Assembly (NCBI RefSeq): GCF_001194135.2
Contig: NC_068984.1
Location: forward strand, 42,909,133-42,956,617
Source of the DNA: Octopus bimaculoides
Lineage: Eukaryota
DNA length: 47,485 nt
Direction: 5' to 3'
Shown here: piece after piece, positions 35,066-47,485 of the stretch
How the letters are laid out: each line of letters begins with the position of its first letter
Position numbering within the stretch: the first letter of the stretch is position 1
Position numbers and translations under genes: made by a program
Notes under the pieces: model-generated
The model's input: the letters and a program-made list of their open reading frames with translations, nothing else
The model's database searches: none
Told to the model about the DNA's origin: nothing

Positions 35066-35934
35066 ATACAATATATACTGACCATATAGAATTATCTGCT
35101 CAGTATACCAGATATTTTTATGTTAACCACGAAGTCCTGGATTCGATCTTATTGCGTATGATCTTGAACAAATGTAATTTTCTATAGCCTCGGAACGACT
35201 CATACATTGCAAGTGAAATTAACAGAATCTCTATAAAAGTTCATCCGATGAATTCTACATACAATTCAGAGGTCGCAATCTGCTTAGCGATAGCTGGTTC
35301 CTAATATATAAGAGGCTACAGAACTTATATTTAAGGCAGTAAATAACGTTTGTAGTGGTGTAAATGAAATGGTCGGTGATAAGGGAGCGACGTTGGCTGC
35401 ATCCAAGGAACATATTGACGTTTTGAATCCAAGGGTATGTGTTGCACTGGACTCAAGATCAAAAGAATGTTGCAGATTGATTGTAAGGAGGATTAGAAGA
35501 GCTACAGTCTAAAAGGTCAAACAAATTAGAGAGCCGTTCGAAGCAGTAGAAGGTTCGTTCAAAATGATGAGAAAGGTGGCGCAGTTGCGAAAGGTACGCG
35601 GGATGGACCGTTGAAGAGACAGAATATTAAGAGAGAGAGATGAGGGGTGGGGAAATGTCAAGAGTATGGCGCGTGCGGAATACGAACAATGTTACTGTCG
35701 CGAACGCAGATATTACCAACAATATTTTGATGGAATTCCCAACGCAAGAACTGGGGAACTATCAAGTGTAACTTGGTCGCAGAATCGACGAAGTTGATGA
35801 AGGTGATGGAATTGAAACAGACATTGATGGACTTGGAAGAACTTATATCTGCAACACACACACACACACACACATACACACACACATACACACACAGAGT
35901 GGCTGTAATTCCTTTATTATTATGAGTTAGTTAA

Positions 35935-36150
35935 AGGTAGCAAGCCCACATAATGTTTAGCACGCCGGAAAAAATGCTTAGCGGTATTTCTGGTTTTACG
36001 TTCTGAGTTCAAAAGCTGCCTATGTACACTTTTCTTACATCATTCCGAAGTGGATATAAAAAATAAAATTGTGAAAACTAGTGTCGATGTAATCGACTTA
36101 CCCTACCCTAAAGTTGCTAGCCTTGTGCCGAAATTTGAAAGTAACCATTA
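35935..36150 (+). mobile_element. SINE (Meta/MESC-like family)
   Basis: tttagcacgccggaaaaaatgcttagcggtatttc...ttacgttctgagttcaaa...gtcgatgtaatcgactta. Confidence 0.75.
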
Positions 36151-36400
36151 TTATAAATTAGTAATTAATTGGTTTTACAAAGTCATTCATAACGCAAGTG
36201 TGTTTTTTGAATGATTTCTCCGCAACTATAAGTTGTTTCCTTTCTGCGTTTAGTATTTCTAAGCATTTAAGTATCACATTACACTATATTGCGTGTGTGT
36301 AGTTATAATTAGAGTATAATTTTATGGAATGTTTACATGTGTGAGTGTATCCAAGGGTGTTTTGTTTTTGTTTTCGTTATACAAACATAAATGTGTGTGC

Positions 36401-36435
<35 letters not shown>

Positions 36436-37124
36436 TCAACATCATCATCATCATCATCGTCATCATCGCCGTCATCATCATTATCGTCAGCATCCTCATC
36501 ATCATCATTATCACTTCAATTGGCTGGATAATGTTTGGGCTGTTCCCGATTTTATTACCATCTGTTTTTTGGTATTTTTATGGTCAGTTATTTTCTATCT
36601 GGCTATTATGAGCTTTTGTGCTCGCACACCAGTCCATTTATCCATGTATACGCCTACCCGTAAATTCTTAAATTTCTTCATACATACCATTCTGTACACA
36701 CATACGTTTAAACATCTACACTTAGATGTCTAAATGTACGTAAGCAAAGACACCTGTGCATATATATATGTATGTATATGTATGTAAATATATATNNNNN
36801 NNNNNNNNNNNNNNNNNNNNNNNNNNNNNNNNNNNNNNNNNNNNNNNNNNNNNNNNNNNNNNNNNNNNNNNNNNNNNNNNNNNNNNNNNNNNNNNNNNNN
36901 NNNNNNNNNNNNNNNNNNNNNNNNNNNNNNNNNNNNNNNNNNNNNNNNNNNNNNNNNNNNNNNNNNNNNNNNNNNNNNNNNNNNNNNNNNNNNNNNNNNN
37001 NNNNNNNNNNNNNNNNNNNNNNNNNNNNNNNNNNNNNNNNNNNNNNNNATATGTATATATATATATTCGCGACCATACATTCACATAGACACACCCATGT
37101 GTATGCGTGTATGTGTGCGTTCAT

Positions 37125-37165
<41 letters not shown>

Positions 37166-37251
37166 ACACAAATATACATATGTATCATTTAACTTTTACC
37201 TTTTACTTGTTTCAGGCTATAAATTCTGGCCATGCTGGAGCTACAATTTAC

Positions 37252-37580
37252 TGGTAAATGAGTGAGTTCGAAGTTGTTGCCGTCACTTGTGCTTCTTGGT
37301 GTGAAGAAGGCTCATCTGAATTTCTACACAGTAGAAGGTCCAGTTGCTTTTTGAAATGATTTATGTCTTTACCATGTCTTAAGTTTTTTGGTACGATATT
37401 GAAAATGTGTAGGCGTTTGCACCCTAATCTAGTGCACTATCTGGCCTTAAATCTAGATGGCAAGTCTCGGGTTTTTGGCACTATACAAGGATTAGTATAG
37501 CTTCCAATGCTAATGTTTAGTGCGAGTCCTTCCAAGATATTCCAGGCATGTATAATATTATTGCATATCTTTCCTTTTCT
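37252..37580 (-). mobile_element. CR1-like LINE 3' coding fragment, degraded
   Basis: Minus-strand translation with frameshifts: RYAII(Y)xWxILEGL...CIVPK...IFNIVPKNLR...FKKQLDLLLxxxSDEP...TTSNSLIYQ, typical of the CR1-group C-terminus. Confidence 0.65.
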
Positions 37581-37610
37581 CACTGTTGTCTCCTATTTAT
37601 ACATATTTAT

Positions 37611-37657
<47 letters not shown>

Positions 37658-38309
37658 AACATACACANNNNNNNNNNGTATGTATGCATGTATGTATGTG
37701 CCTGTATGTATAACCAGATATTGAGCAGAAACAATCCGATTCTTGCTTGGACATGGGTAAGTCTGTATATGTTGTTATTGTTCTTGCTATCGTTGTAGTT
37801 ATTCTTGTTTTGTCATCAATAATCAATAAGAATTTGATCAAACACATTCAACACACCTATGTCCACATTTTTCTTTCTTTCCTATCTATTTATTTATTCA
37901 TTTACTTTTTTATTCTGATATTGATGTCCTAGAAGCACATCATCCCATACATCCTTTAAAATTTAAGATGGTACACTGTATTTTGAGGAAGATTTTGATG
38001 TTGAAAATTTAGCAGATCACGCACTCACGTGTAGACTCCTTCATTGCCTGTGTGAGTGCGCGTGCACGCGCTTATGTATCAGTATTAACTTTGCGGGGAA
38101 TATTTTATAGTTTACAATCGTTTTATGTGAACATTACAGCATTATATCTGAGATGTTCCTGATAACAACATCGGTGTTTTAGTCTGGCTTCTAAAACTTT
38201 CGTAGAGAACGAGATACACTGTCTGTTATTATGGGTTTTAAACTGGCGTATTTCATTGGTCATCATTTATGTGTAGGCATTGGACGATGATGGCGTGATA
38301 TGAACAAAT

Positions 38310-38377
<68 letters not shown>

Positions 38378-39129
38378 NNNNNNNNNNNNNNNNNNNNNNN
38401 NNNNNNNNNNNNNNNNNNNNNNNNNNNNNNNNNNNNNNNNNNNNNNNNNNNNNNNNNNNNNNNNNNNNNNNNNNNNNNNNNNNNNNNNNNNNNNNNNNNN
38501 NNNNNNNNNNNNNNNNNNNNNNNNNNNNNNNNNNNNNNNNNNNNNNNNNNNNNNNNNNNNNNNNNNNNNNNNNNNNNNNNNNNNNNNNNNNNNNNNNNNN
38601 NNNNNNNNNNNNNNNNNNNNNNNNNNNNNNNNNNNNNNNNNNNNNNNNNNNNNNNNNNNNNNNNNNNNNNNNNNNNNNNNNNNNNNNNNNNNNNNNNNNN
38701 NNNNNNNNNNNNNNNNNNNNNNNNNNNNNNNNNNNNNNNNNNNNNNNNNNNNNNNNNNNNNNNNNNNNNNNNNNNNNNNNNNNNNNNNNNNNNNNNNNNN
38801 NNNNNNNNNNNNNNNNNNNNNNNNNNNNNNNNNNNNNNNNNNNNNNNNNNNNNNNNNNNNNNNNNNNNNNNNNNNNNNNNNNNNNNNNNNNNNNNNNNNN
38901 NNNNNNNNNNNNNNNNNNNNNNNNNNNNNNNNNNNNNNNNNNNNNNNNNNNNNNNNNNNNNNNNNNNNNNNNNNNNNNNNNNNNNNNNNNNNNNNNNNNN
39001 NNNNNNNNNNNNNNNNNNNNNNNNNNNNNNNNNNNNNNNNNNNNNNNNNNNNNNNNNNNNNNNNNNTATATAAGTATGTGTGTATGTATGTATGCATGCA
39101 TACGTATGTCTCTGTGTGTGTAGCTAGCT

Positions 39130-39132
39130 AGC

Positions 39133-39200
<68 letters not shown>
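39130..39200. repeat. (GATA)n microsatellite
   Basis: Direct reading. Confidence 0.95.
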
Positions 39201-39657
39201 AACGTGTATACATACAGTTTATACATAATTTACAACTGGTTTATTTTATTAACAAATTTACAAGCCCACCCACACTAATCTCTAATACTTTTGCAAGTAT
39301 ACTGGAGCCAACTTCAATCCATCTGTTACCCTTTAGATAGTCGTCTGCTAGAAATATTTAGGATAAAGATTGACCTCCATATAGAAGTTATAGATACAAA
39401 TTTTGGTTTCTTTTTTTTGTTTCATTTTAATTCACTTTTATTTTTAACAAAATACTTCATGATTTGATATAACGGAAATAATAAAGGTTCTTTCAGTCAA
39501 CTTTCATAATGATGGCAACAGATAGTGTAATGGTCCTAACAGAGATTAGTACACCACGTGATCACACTGTCTTGATCTGATGACGTGACTTAGTGTCAGT
39601 AAAGTATTGGTGTTGCTGAACTGTTGCGAAATTCTGGCTTAACAAGGTACGTCGTTG

Positions 39658-39782
39658 CTCTTCTTCTTCTTCTTCTTCTTCTTCTTCTTCTTCTCCTTCT
39701 TCTTCTTCTTCTTCTTCTTCTTCTTCTTCTTCTTCTTCTTCTTCTCCTTCTCCTTCTTCTTCTTCTTCTTCTCCTTCTTCTC
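39658..39782. repeat. (CTT)n microsatellite
   Basis: Direct reading. Confidence 0.95.
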
Positions 39783-39976
39783 CTCTATAGCTGTGTTTGT
39801 GTACGAATGCTGTAAATATTCTTGGCGATATTTATCTCTGTTTACATTAGATATCAAATGCGTGTATCGTATGATTTGATACAATGAAAACGAAGGTTTC
39901 TTGGTATACGGTTGCTTTCTCCCTTTACATTTCTCTCTTCACTTCTTTCTCCCCCACTTCTTTTCCTTTCTTTCGC

Positions 39977-40061
<85 letters not shown>

Positions 40062-40266
40062 TTTTCTCGATTTGTTCTATATATCTATTTCTCTGTTTCT
40101 CTCTATCGCTGTTGATTTGTCAACCACCCACATCTTGCAGCTCAGTAAATGCTTTTTGCATTCAATAGGACGAGTCACTGCTTTTATAGAGATAACCTCA
40201 CAGTCTATGGAAGCATGTATCATCCGATTTACTTACCGAAAAACAACACACAGACACACACTCATC

Positions 40267-40310
<44 letters not shown>

Positions 40311-40469
40311 CGCGCGCACACACACACACGCACGCACGCACGCATGCATGCTTTCATACACATACACACTTACAAACTCTAGCACATAAACGTTCTCGCA
40401 CAAAAACATGTATGTAACTGTGTGTGTGTGTGTTTTTGTATTAGTCTCTTTCTGTTTTGTCTTGATCCC

Positions 40470-40752
40470 GCTTACACGGGTTCCATGGTTTATAAGTAAC
40501 ATTTTCCCCTGAACATTTCCCCTGAACAGGACGAGGTTCCGTCTCATTCACAGTTGAATGGACTGGAGCAATGTGGAATGAAGTATTTTCCTTATGAACG
40601 CAACGCACAATTCGGTTCAGAAACTGAAACCACAATCGTTAGATCATGATCTAACGTACCCACTAGGCCCCTAGTATCCACTAAGTCTGAGAACTGAAAC
40701 CAAAATCATTAGATCGTATTCTAACGTATCCACTAGGCCCCGCGCCTTCACT
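40470..40752 (-). mobile_element. Degraded tRNA-derived SINE with tandemly duplicated head
   Basis: Two copies of aactgaaacc.aaatc.ttagatc...ctaacgta.ccactaggccc (40620-40670, 40690-40741); core ggactggagcaatgtggaatgaagt. Confidence 0.65.
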
Positions 40753-40915
40753 ATATTTGACTATAGCTATGTATAAGAAAATATGCGTCTAAATACTCAT
40801 GTATCCGTATGTATAGATATGTGCATGTGTTTCAGTTTCCATGTTCCGAATATAGTTGTTTGTCTGTGACCAACTATGTATATATGTATATACTTGGCTG
40901 TATATATGCTGGTGT

Positions 40916-41302
40916 GTGGAGGCGCAATGGCCCAGTGGTTAGGGCAGCGGACTCGCAGTCATAGGATCGCGGTTTCGATTCCCAGACTGGGCGTTGTGAG
41001 TGTTCATTAAGCGAAAACACCTAAAGCTCCACGAGGCTCCGGCAGGGGATGGTGGCGAACCCTGCTGTACTCTTCCACCACAACTTTCTCTCACTCTTAC
41101 TTCCTGTTTCTGCTGTGCCTGTAATTCAAAGGGTCAGCCTTGTCACACTGTGTCACGCTGAATATCCCCGAGAACTAAGTTAAGGGTACACGTGTCTGTG
41201 GAGTGCTCAGCCACTTGCACGTTAATTTCACGAGCAGGCTGTTCCGTTGATCGGATCAACTGGAACCCTCGACGTCGTAAGCGACGGAGTGCCAACAGAA
41301 AC
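40916..41302 (+). mobile_element. Full-length tRNA-derived SINE with intact Pol III boxes and TSD
   Basis: A box tggcccagtgg (40928-40938); B box ggtttcgattccc (40971-40983); TSD at(a/g)tgctggtgt at 40904-40915 and 41303-41314. Confidence 0.9.
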
Positions 41303-42543
41303 ATGTGCTGGTGTAAGCGTTCAAAAGCCCCATATCCATGTGTATTGATAAACACGTTTATACATGCCTGTCTCTGGGGGTGAGGTTGTACCTATGTCTG
41401 ATTGTGTGTATATCTAAAGATTAATGTGGCGGATGTGTGTTGGTGTATATATATTTAAACATGTGCATGATGTGTTGAATATGTCTGCGTATTGTATCCA
41501 TATTTTATACGCTTTTCTCTTCGAAGTAAATTAAGGAGATGAACGCATCTCCGATTGATCATAATCCACTTCATTACAACACCTCATCATTCAAAATCTA
41601 CATTCAAAAATAATGCCCTCGGCCGATAACAGTTCCTTTCATTGGAATGAATTTCATTGAAATCAATATGTTTCAAAAATATGTATTTATCGCAGTAATA
41701 ATGTGAATCCTTAATTCGTTCCACAAACAACTATATCTAAAATATATTCCAAAGCAACAACACCAGTGTAGAATAGAGAACTATGTATGTGTGTGTGTGT
41801 GTTTAATATGCATACACAGGCGTGCGCGCGCACACACACACATACATACATANNNNNNNNNNATATATATGCATAATTGAAGAAGTGCATGTGCGTATGT
41901 GTACAAGCGTTAGTATGTACTGTATGGATATGTGAACGATCGCGAATATGTGCGTATAGGCCGATATGTAAAGGTCAGCTAAGGACAATCGCATGTGTAA
42001 TCAACCATGAAGAACAAATTAACAGTACAAAGAAATCAAATGCCAATCTCTTTAACACGGCAATCACTTTAACAGTAGCAGAATCACCATCTCACTACAT
42101 CTACACATTCAAAGCAGTTTGTCAACGGTTCTTCATCAACAACACACCATTATATACTCAGTGGCTACTACTAAATTCACGCAACGGCAGACAGAGAGGT
42201 TGTTCTTGAAGCAGAGAATATGAACTTACGGGGACAATATTTACATATCGCCTGAGGAAACGCAGCTCAATCTCATAATGTTAGGAAACAGTTGCATAAT
42301 CGAGTACCTGCATGGCTGGAGGATTGCATTGCGTGGAAACTATTGTAGTGATTAAAGAATAAATGTCCAAACGTACTCCTTGTTTTTGACTCCAAAATTT
42401 TTACAAATATCTATTCACACATGACAGATGACCAAGCGCAAAACTGGAAGTACGTATGATACTACAACTAGATAGCTCAGGGTGAAGTCTGAATATGGAC
42501 GAGCTTTATACTGTACTCTACTACGTTTTTAATAGTATATACC

Positions 42544-42601
<58 letters not shown>

Positions 42602-42904
42602 NNNNNNNNNNNNNNNNNNNNNNNNNNNNNNNNNNNNNNNNNNNNNNNNNNNNNNNNNNNNNNNNNNNNNNNNNNNNNNNNNNNNNNNNNNNNNNNNNNN
42701 NNNNNNNNNNNNNNNNNNNNNNNNNNNNNNNNNNNNNNNNNNNNNNNNNNNNNNNNNNNNNNNNNNNNNNNNNNNNNNNNNNNNNNNNNNNNNNNNNNNN
42801 NNNNNNNNNNNNNNNNNNNNNNNNNNNNNNNNNNNNNNNNNNNNNNNNNNNNNNNNNNNNNNNNNNNNNNNNNNNNNNNNNNNNNNNNNNNNNNNNNNNN
42901 NNNN

Positions 42905-42973
<69 letters not shown>

Positions 42974-43737
42974 GAGAGAGAGAGGTGGGGGGGAATAGTG
43001 TATAAATGTTTCAGCTCATCATCTTTCATCATGATGGTTGGTAAGCCGATACTTCGAAGTCATTATCAATCTTTTCTTCATAACATTAATAATTATGTCG
43101 TCTACTAAAAAGAATTGAATGAACCTTCATAACTTTAGTTAAAATCAAAGATTAATATAAAATAATAGACAGATAGGCAGACACATAGATTTTTTTTCAA
43201 TCCGACAAAAAGCGAAATGAGAACAATTGTGAAGGTCTGAACTTTTTTTGCGGGTCTGAACTCATTCGCTTGTGATTTGGCTGTTACGTTACATTACGAA
43301 GTTCAAACATTAGATCTGCAGTCACTGAGAGGCGTAACGATGGTGTTAATGACCTGAACACCGACTGGGGATGATGATACCACTAATAATAAAGATGGTA
43401 TTGTGTAGTTACTATTAACGATAATTGTAGAGATATCAGTAACTTTTTCAGTGTTATGATGGTGCTGATGAATACGGAAGTGCGCTAAGGATGGGGAAGC
43501 TGCAGAGCCCTCATGACCGAAACTATACAATGGCTATTCTATATAAGAAAATCAGATGATTTTTAGATATGCATAAAAAATGACTTGTAGTACGTCGCAG
43601 ATCACCAGACTTTCGGTATGTGTTGTGTATGTATGTGTCATATATATTATTATTGTGTGTGTGTGTGTAGGTGTGTGTTTGTGTGTGTGTATGTGTGTGT
43701 CTGTGTGTGTATGCGTTTGTGTGTGTATTTTGTGCGT

Positions 43738-43859
43738 GAAGGTGCATGGCTCAGGGGTTAGAGCGTCGGCTTCACAATCATGAAGCAGTAAGTTCGATTC
43801 CCGTACCGGTCTGTTTGTTGTGTTCTTGAGCAAGACACTTCATTTCACGTTGCTCCAGT
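43738..43859 (+). mobile_element. tRNA-derived SINE head + core, 3' truncated
   Basis: gaaggtgcatggctcaggggttagagcg...agttcgattccc...ttgtgttcttgagcaagacacttcatttcacgttgctccagt. Confidence 0.8.
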
Positions 43860-43899
43860 GAAGATTGATAATGATAATAATCCGTTCTACTATAGCCAG

Positions 43900-44070
43900 A
43901 AATGTTTGTAGGGTGAGGACTAGTCGATTACATCAACTCCAGGGTTTCACTGGTATATAATTTATCGACCTCGAAAGGATGAAAGGCAAAGTCGACTTCG
44001 GCTGATTTTGAACTCAGAACGTAGCGACGGTCGAAATACCACAAATCATTTTGGCCGGCGTGCTAACGGT
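43900..44070 (-). mobile_element. SINE (Meta/MESC-like family)
   Basis: gtcgattacatcaac...tttatcgacctcgaaaggatgaaaggcaaagtcgacttcggctgattttgaactcagaacg...ggccggcgtgctaacg. Confidence 0.85.
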
Positions 44071-44224
44071 ATAAATAATAATATTGTGTTTACTATCGGC
44101 TAACTATTCACAAAATCTTGAGGATGGTATACGATGAAACAATGTAGGATTAAATAAAAAGTGGTTAAAAAGATTTGCTTTTCACGTAACAGCAGCTGAT
44201 CGGCTCAATCCCACAAATTGGCAG

Positions 44225-44690
44225 TGTGGACTCAAAAACAGTAAGAGGGACAGTTTGGTCAACCTGGGCGCATCTTCGAAAGATAATGGGTACCTGTATC
44301 ATGGCCATGCTAAGGTCTTTTGGAGGTTGTCCACAATTCCCAACTTGAAAGTTTTCCAAAATCTTCTCGTCGACGCCGAGAGCCATTTCCAGGCTATTGC
44401 CTTCCAAAAACCCACCATAAAGTACGAGAGTACTTCTGAACACGAAGCTGAAACCGGTCCATGAAGCCAGAAATATTGCCGACCTGCTCCATAATGTATC
44501 GCATGAAGTGGAGGTTGTCATTGATAGATCTATCAGAAGTGGCACAAGTTTGCGCCTTCCTGTCTGCAATGCAAGAGGTTGGCAAGCACCAACCTCTTGG
44601 TGATCACCTTTGCCAAACTCTTTAATTCTCTGTTGAACAAGGTTACAGGCCTGAAATGTTCAATTGTATTCCTTACTCGCGTCCTTCATT
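44225..44690 (-). mobile_element. L1/Tx1-clade LINE reverse transcriptase fragment
   Basis: KDASK...HFRPVTLFNRELKSLAKVITKRL, then AQTCATSDRSINDNLHFMRYIMEQ (cf. NFRPITLLN..KILAK..QTCA.PGRSI.DNLH..RYI), and a degenerate QGCPLSP-like segment near 44230-44265. Confidence 0.7.
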
Positions 44691-46019
44691 ACCACTGTCT
44701 TCATTTCTCGACCAACTAAATAGCAAATGCTTCCAGTCTACTACCAGATGTCGGTAGTGTATTTTATAGAGTCAATTATAGTCCACTCTTCTATTTAATG
44801 AGAAACTATTTTCACAAAAATTTAAACAATAGTTTTCCTGAAGGACCATCATAAAAAAAAGCACACATTTTCACACTATGCATTGAATTCATGCTTATCA
44901 TTCCTACATTTTATCCTATTAAATTGATTTCCTTTTGCACTCGTTGCGTGATGTAAAATAAAGTTTAATTTTCAAAAGGGTACACACCCAAAATGTTCTG
45001 TCGGGATGAAGCAAGTAAATCTCTAGCATAGGAGATTCCACTGTAAACTGACTGGCAAAAAGTTGAAATGTACTGGTGTTGCCAGTCGCCACAGAACATA
45101 GGTGTATCATCAAACATTTATTTTAAAATGATAGACGGGTGTCTAATGCGCCATGTCTAATTATCTGGTGTACCACTTTTAGTGCATACGCCATAGGTCG
45201 GTCACCTTTCACTTAAAACATTTAATAACCCTTTGTGTGAGTGTCTGTATGTGTGCGCGTGCGTGTATGTGTGTATGTGTGTATGCATGTAAATGTATGT
45301 ATATATACACATATGTATTATGCATGCACACACACAAATATACATACAAATTAATACTTATATATATAAATATATATATATATTTATATATATATATACA
45401 AACATACATACATACAAATTGATGTTTATGTGTGTGTATGTATGTATGTAATATGTATGTATGTATTATTTATGTATGTATGTATGTATGTATGTATGTA
45501 TGCATGTATGTATGCATGTGCGTGTGTGTGTATAATATGTGTGTGTCTTAATTTTCTATCTATAATTCACTTACTCGCCTTCTATTCGCCTCATAAGAGA
45601 TTTGAGGATCCTATCTAAAGCGGAATAACTAATAGGTCTGCAATACATTTCAAATTAGATAGAAATTAAAACGTTAAACGTTTGCACCAACTGACTTTCC
45701 TTTTCCTATTCGATATTAAGCACCCCTGCCGACATCAATGCCATCAACAATATAAACTCCGATAAGCAAACGAGTGAGCCCTACGAGGCCATTTGGCTTG
45801 CTAGAAATAGCCTAGAAATCTCCCTCAAGTCAAAGCCTACCGATTTTGTTTTTGTTTATTTTACAAAAATAAAAGGAAATAAATAACTCTTCTTTGTAAA
45901 AGCCCATAGCCTAGTAGTCACAGTATTCTGATCGTGTTTACCAGATTGTGGATTTAATTATATCAGTTCATTTGTGTGTTTGGACAAAATATTTCCTGTT
46001 ATTTTGTAGTCCTTCAGTC

Positions 46020-46166
46020 AATCAATCAATCAGCTTAAGTATGTCGAAGTCCTTTCGTCGATATTCAGGATCTCATCAATAACAACTTTTCCGGGGGAAG
46101 AGAAAGCATATCAATTGATGAAGTCCCGAACGGCAGCAAACGAACTTCGACTTGACTGATTGATTG
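46020..46166. other. ~147-nt imperfect hairpin, unassigned
   Basis: Pairings caatcaatcag/ctgattgattg, gtcgaagt/acttcgac and tcatcaat/attgatga, with an inner stem cttttcc-ggg-ggaagag. Confidence 0.7.
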
Positions 46167-46383
46167 TTTGACCGAACGATTAATCAAGCAATCGATAATC
46201 TCATTGGTTAAATGATTAACCAATTAACAAATAGAAATAAAATAATTAAAATAGAACCAAAGTGCGTATTTATTATTGGCATAATGACACTCAAAAAATA
46301 CAAAATATGTTTCAACACATGAATTCACATCAAGAATTTTAAAAACCAAATACAAAACAAAATTTAACATTGTTTTGTTCCAG

Positions 46384-46526
46384 AGCTGCTCAGCTGTAAT
46401 AAGTATCATCCGGGTTACGGTGCATCCCTTTCCTCTCCCAGCTATCATAACCTGGATGTTTCACTGGATCAAGAGGTCGTTACCGAGAGAGTGTTTATGT
46501 CTGCTCACGATTATATAAACATCTAA
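46384..46526 (+). CDS. Candidate terminal coding exon of an unknown gene (unverified)
   Basis: Branch-like tttaac and acceptor ttgttttgttccag|; after 2 nt the frame is open as LLSCNKYHPGYGASLSSPSYHNLDVSLDQEVVTERVFMSAHDYINI*; GC-richer than the upstream flank. No homologue recognised. Confidence 0.3.
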
Positions 46527-47178
46527 AGTAATTAGTGAAAAGCATGATACATGTTACCAAGCCATACTCACTCACATTGACGGCTAGTTGTAATTAATAA
46601 TCCTTCTTCCTTCTGCGTTATGTCAAGGACATCCACCGTTTTCAATTCCATCCAATTTTAACAGATTATTGTGTCGGTATTTCTTTAACAAGCTGTTAAA
46701 GCTAGCAGGCACCTTCTATTTGTCTTTCTGGTTTCAGTCTTTCAGTTTTCCTATGGCCACAAAGTGTTCAAGATAATATTTCGTCTTTTATACGATGTCC
46801 AACAGACTGTCTTATGTCTCCTTATGTTGTTAATGTGGTTTCTGTTGGTTTCTACTCGTAATGTAAACTTAGAAGTGCAAAAAAAAAACAAAATGGTGAT
46901 GACTGGAACACATTTGATGGTGTCTTCATTCAGGACTAACCTGGTGCTAAACTTATTCCGCTAACACTAAGAAGATGAAGCGTAATTGTAGCATGGTTTC
47001 GGATTTACATATTAGAAAGCTAAAGGTATGCATCTTGATATTAAGGTTGATTTTATTCTAACATTCTACCATCACAGCAACTTCGTGCTTTCAAATATAT
47101 TTACGTATGCGTGTAAGTAGATATACAAGTTGTGTATATATGCGTGTGCATACATATACATTTCCCTCCACCGTTCTC

Positions 47179-47180
<2 letters not shown>

Positions 47181-47224
<44 letters not shown>
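47181..47224. repeat. (CTAT)n microsatellite
   Basis: Direct reading. Confidence 0.95.
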
Positions 47225-47225
<1 letters not shown>

Positions 47226-47485
47226 ATAAAGGAAACGCATCATATGCACACACACGTATGCACAGCGTCCTTTTCTCGAGAAATGGAAACGGTTAAGCAA
47301 GCCCTTCTCAAAGATAAAAGGGGAAAAAACGGTACCGGGTTCTTTTAGAGAAACTGTTCACGCTTCGCTTGGGACAACTGCGCGCATACAGCATCGAACA
47401 ATAATGAATAAATAAATGGATTTGTGTGTGTGTGTGTGTGTTTGTGTGTGTGTGTGCGTGTTTGTGTGTGTACACATATATATAG

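Noticed and set aside
40916-40990. tRNA gene
   Set aside because: No complete cloverleaf or terminator; continues into a SINE body with TSD. The same applies to the other tRNA-like heads.
42252-42292. CTGAGGA...GAAACAGTT hammerhead-like motif in a possible Penelope-like end
   Set aside because: Helix II is poorly paired and offset from GAAA; too degenerate to support.
46116-46159. Box C/D snoRNA (TGATGA...CTGA), or hammerhead cores in the hairpin arms
   Set aside because: Boxes are only ~35 nt apart with no terminal stem; the hammerhead readings lack C3 and a valid helix II.

Overview
Eukaryotic, AT-rich, microsatellite-saturated draft scaffold with about 13% N-gaps. The repeat families resemble those I recall from Octopus/coleoid cephalopods; this is inference and not database-verified. 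No host protein-coding gene can be confidently recognised, and almost all ORFs in the supplied track are microsatellite or N-gap artefacts. The window contains degraded non-LTR retrotransposons (several R4/Dong-type RLE LINE fragments, one CR1-like, one L1/Tx1-like), a 5' mariner fragment, a Helitron helicase remnant, many tRNA-derived SINEs, Penelope-like termini and several hairpins. Highlights: (1) an apparently intact type I hammerhead ribozyme at 24787-24859 (+), with a complete catalytic core, AUC cleavage triplet and palindromic helix III, plus four decayed hammerhead-like relics elsewhere; (2) a 3.8-kb head-to-tail stack of five retroposon 3' ends on the minus strand (18688-22520), each separated by (TAA)n, consistent with microsatellite-targeted insertion; (3) an R4-like fragment flanked by (ACAT)n-like repeats instead of TAA; (4) SINEs with target-site duplications (TSDs) that swap head/core/tail modules; (5) an unexplained 147-nt hairpin just upstream of a candidate terminal exon. 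All alignments and folds were done by eye.
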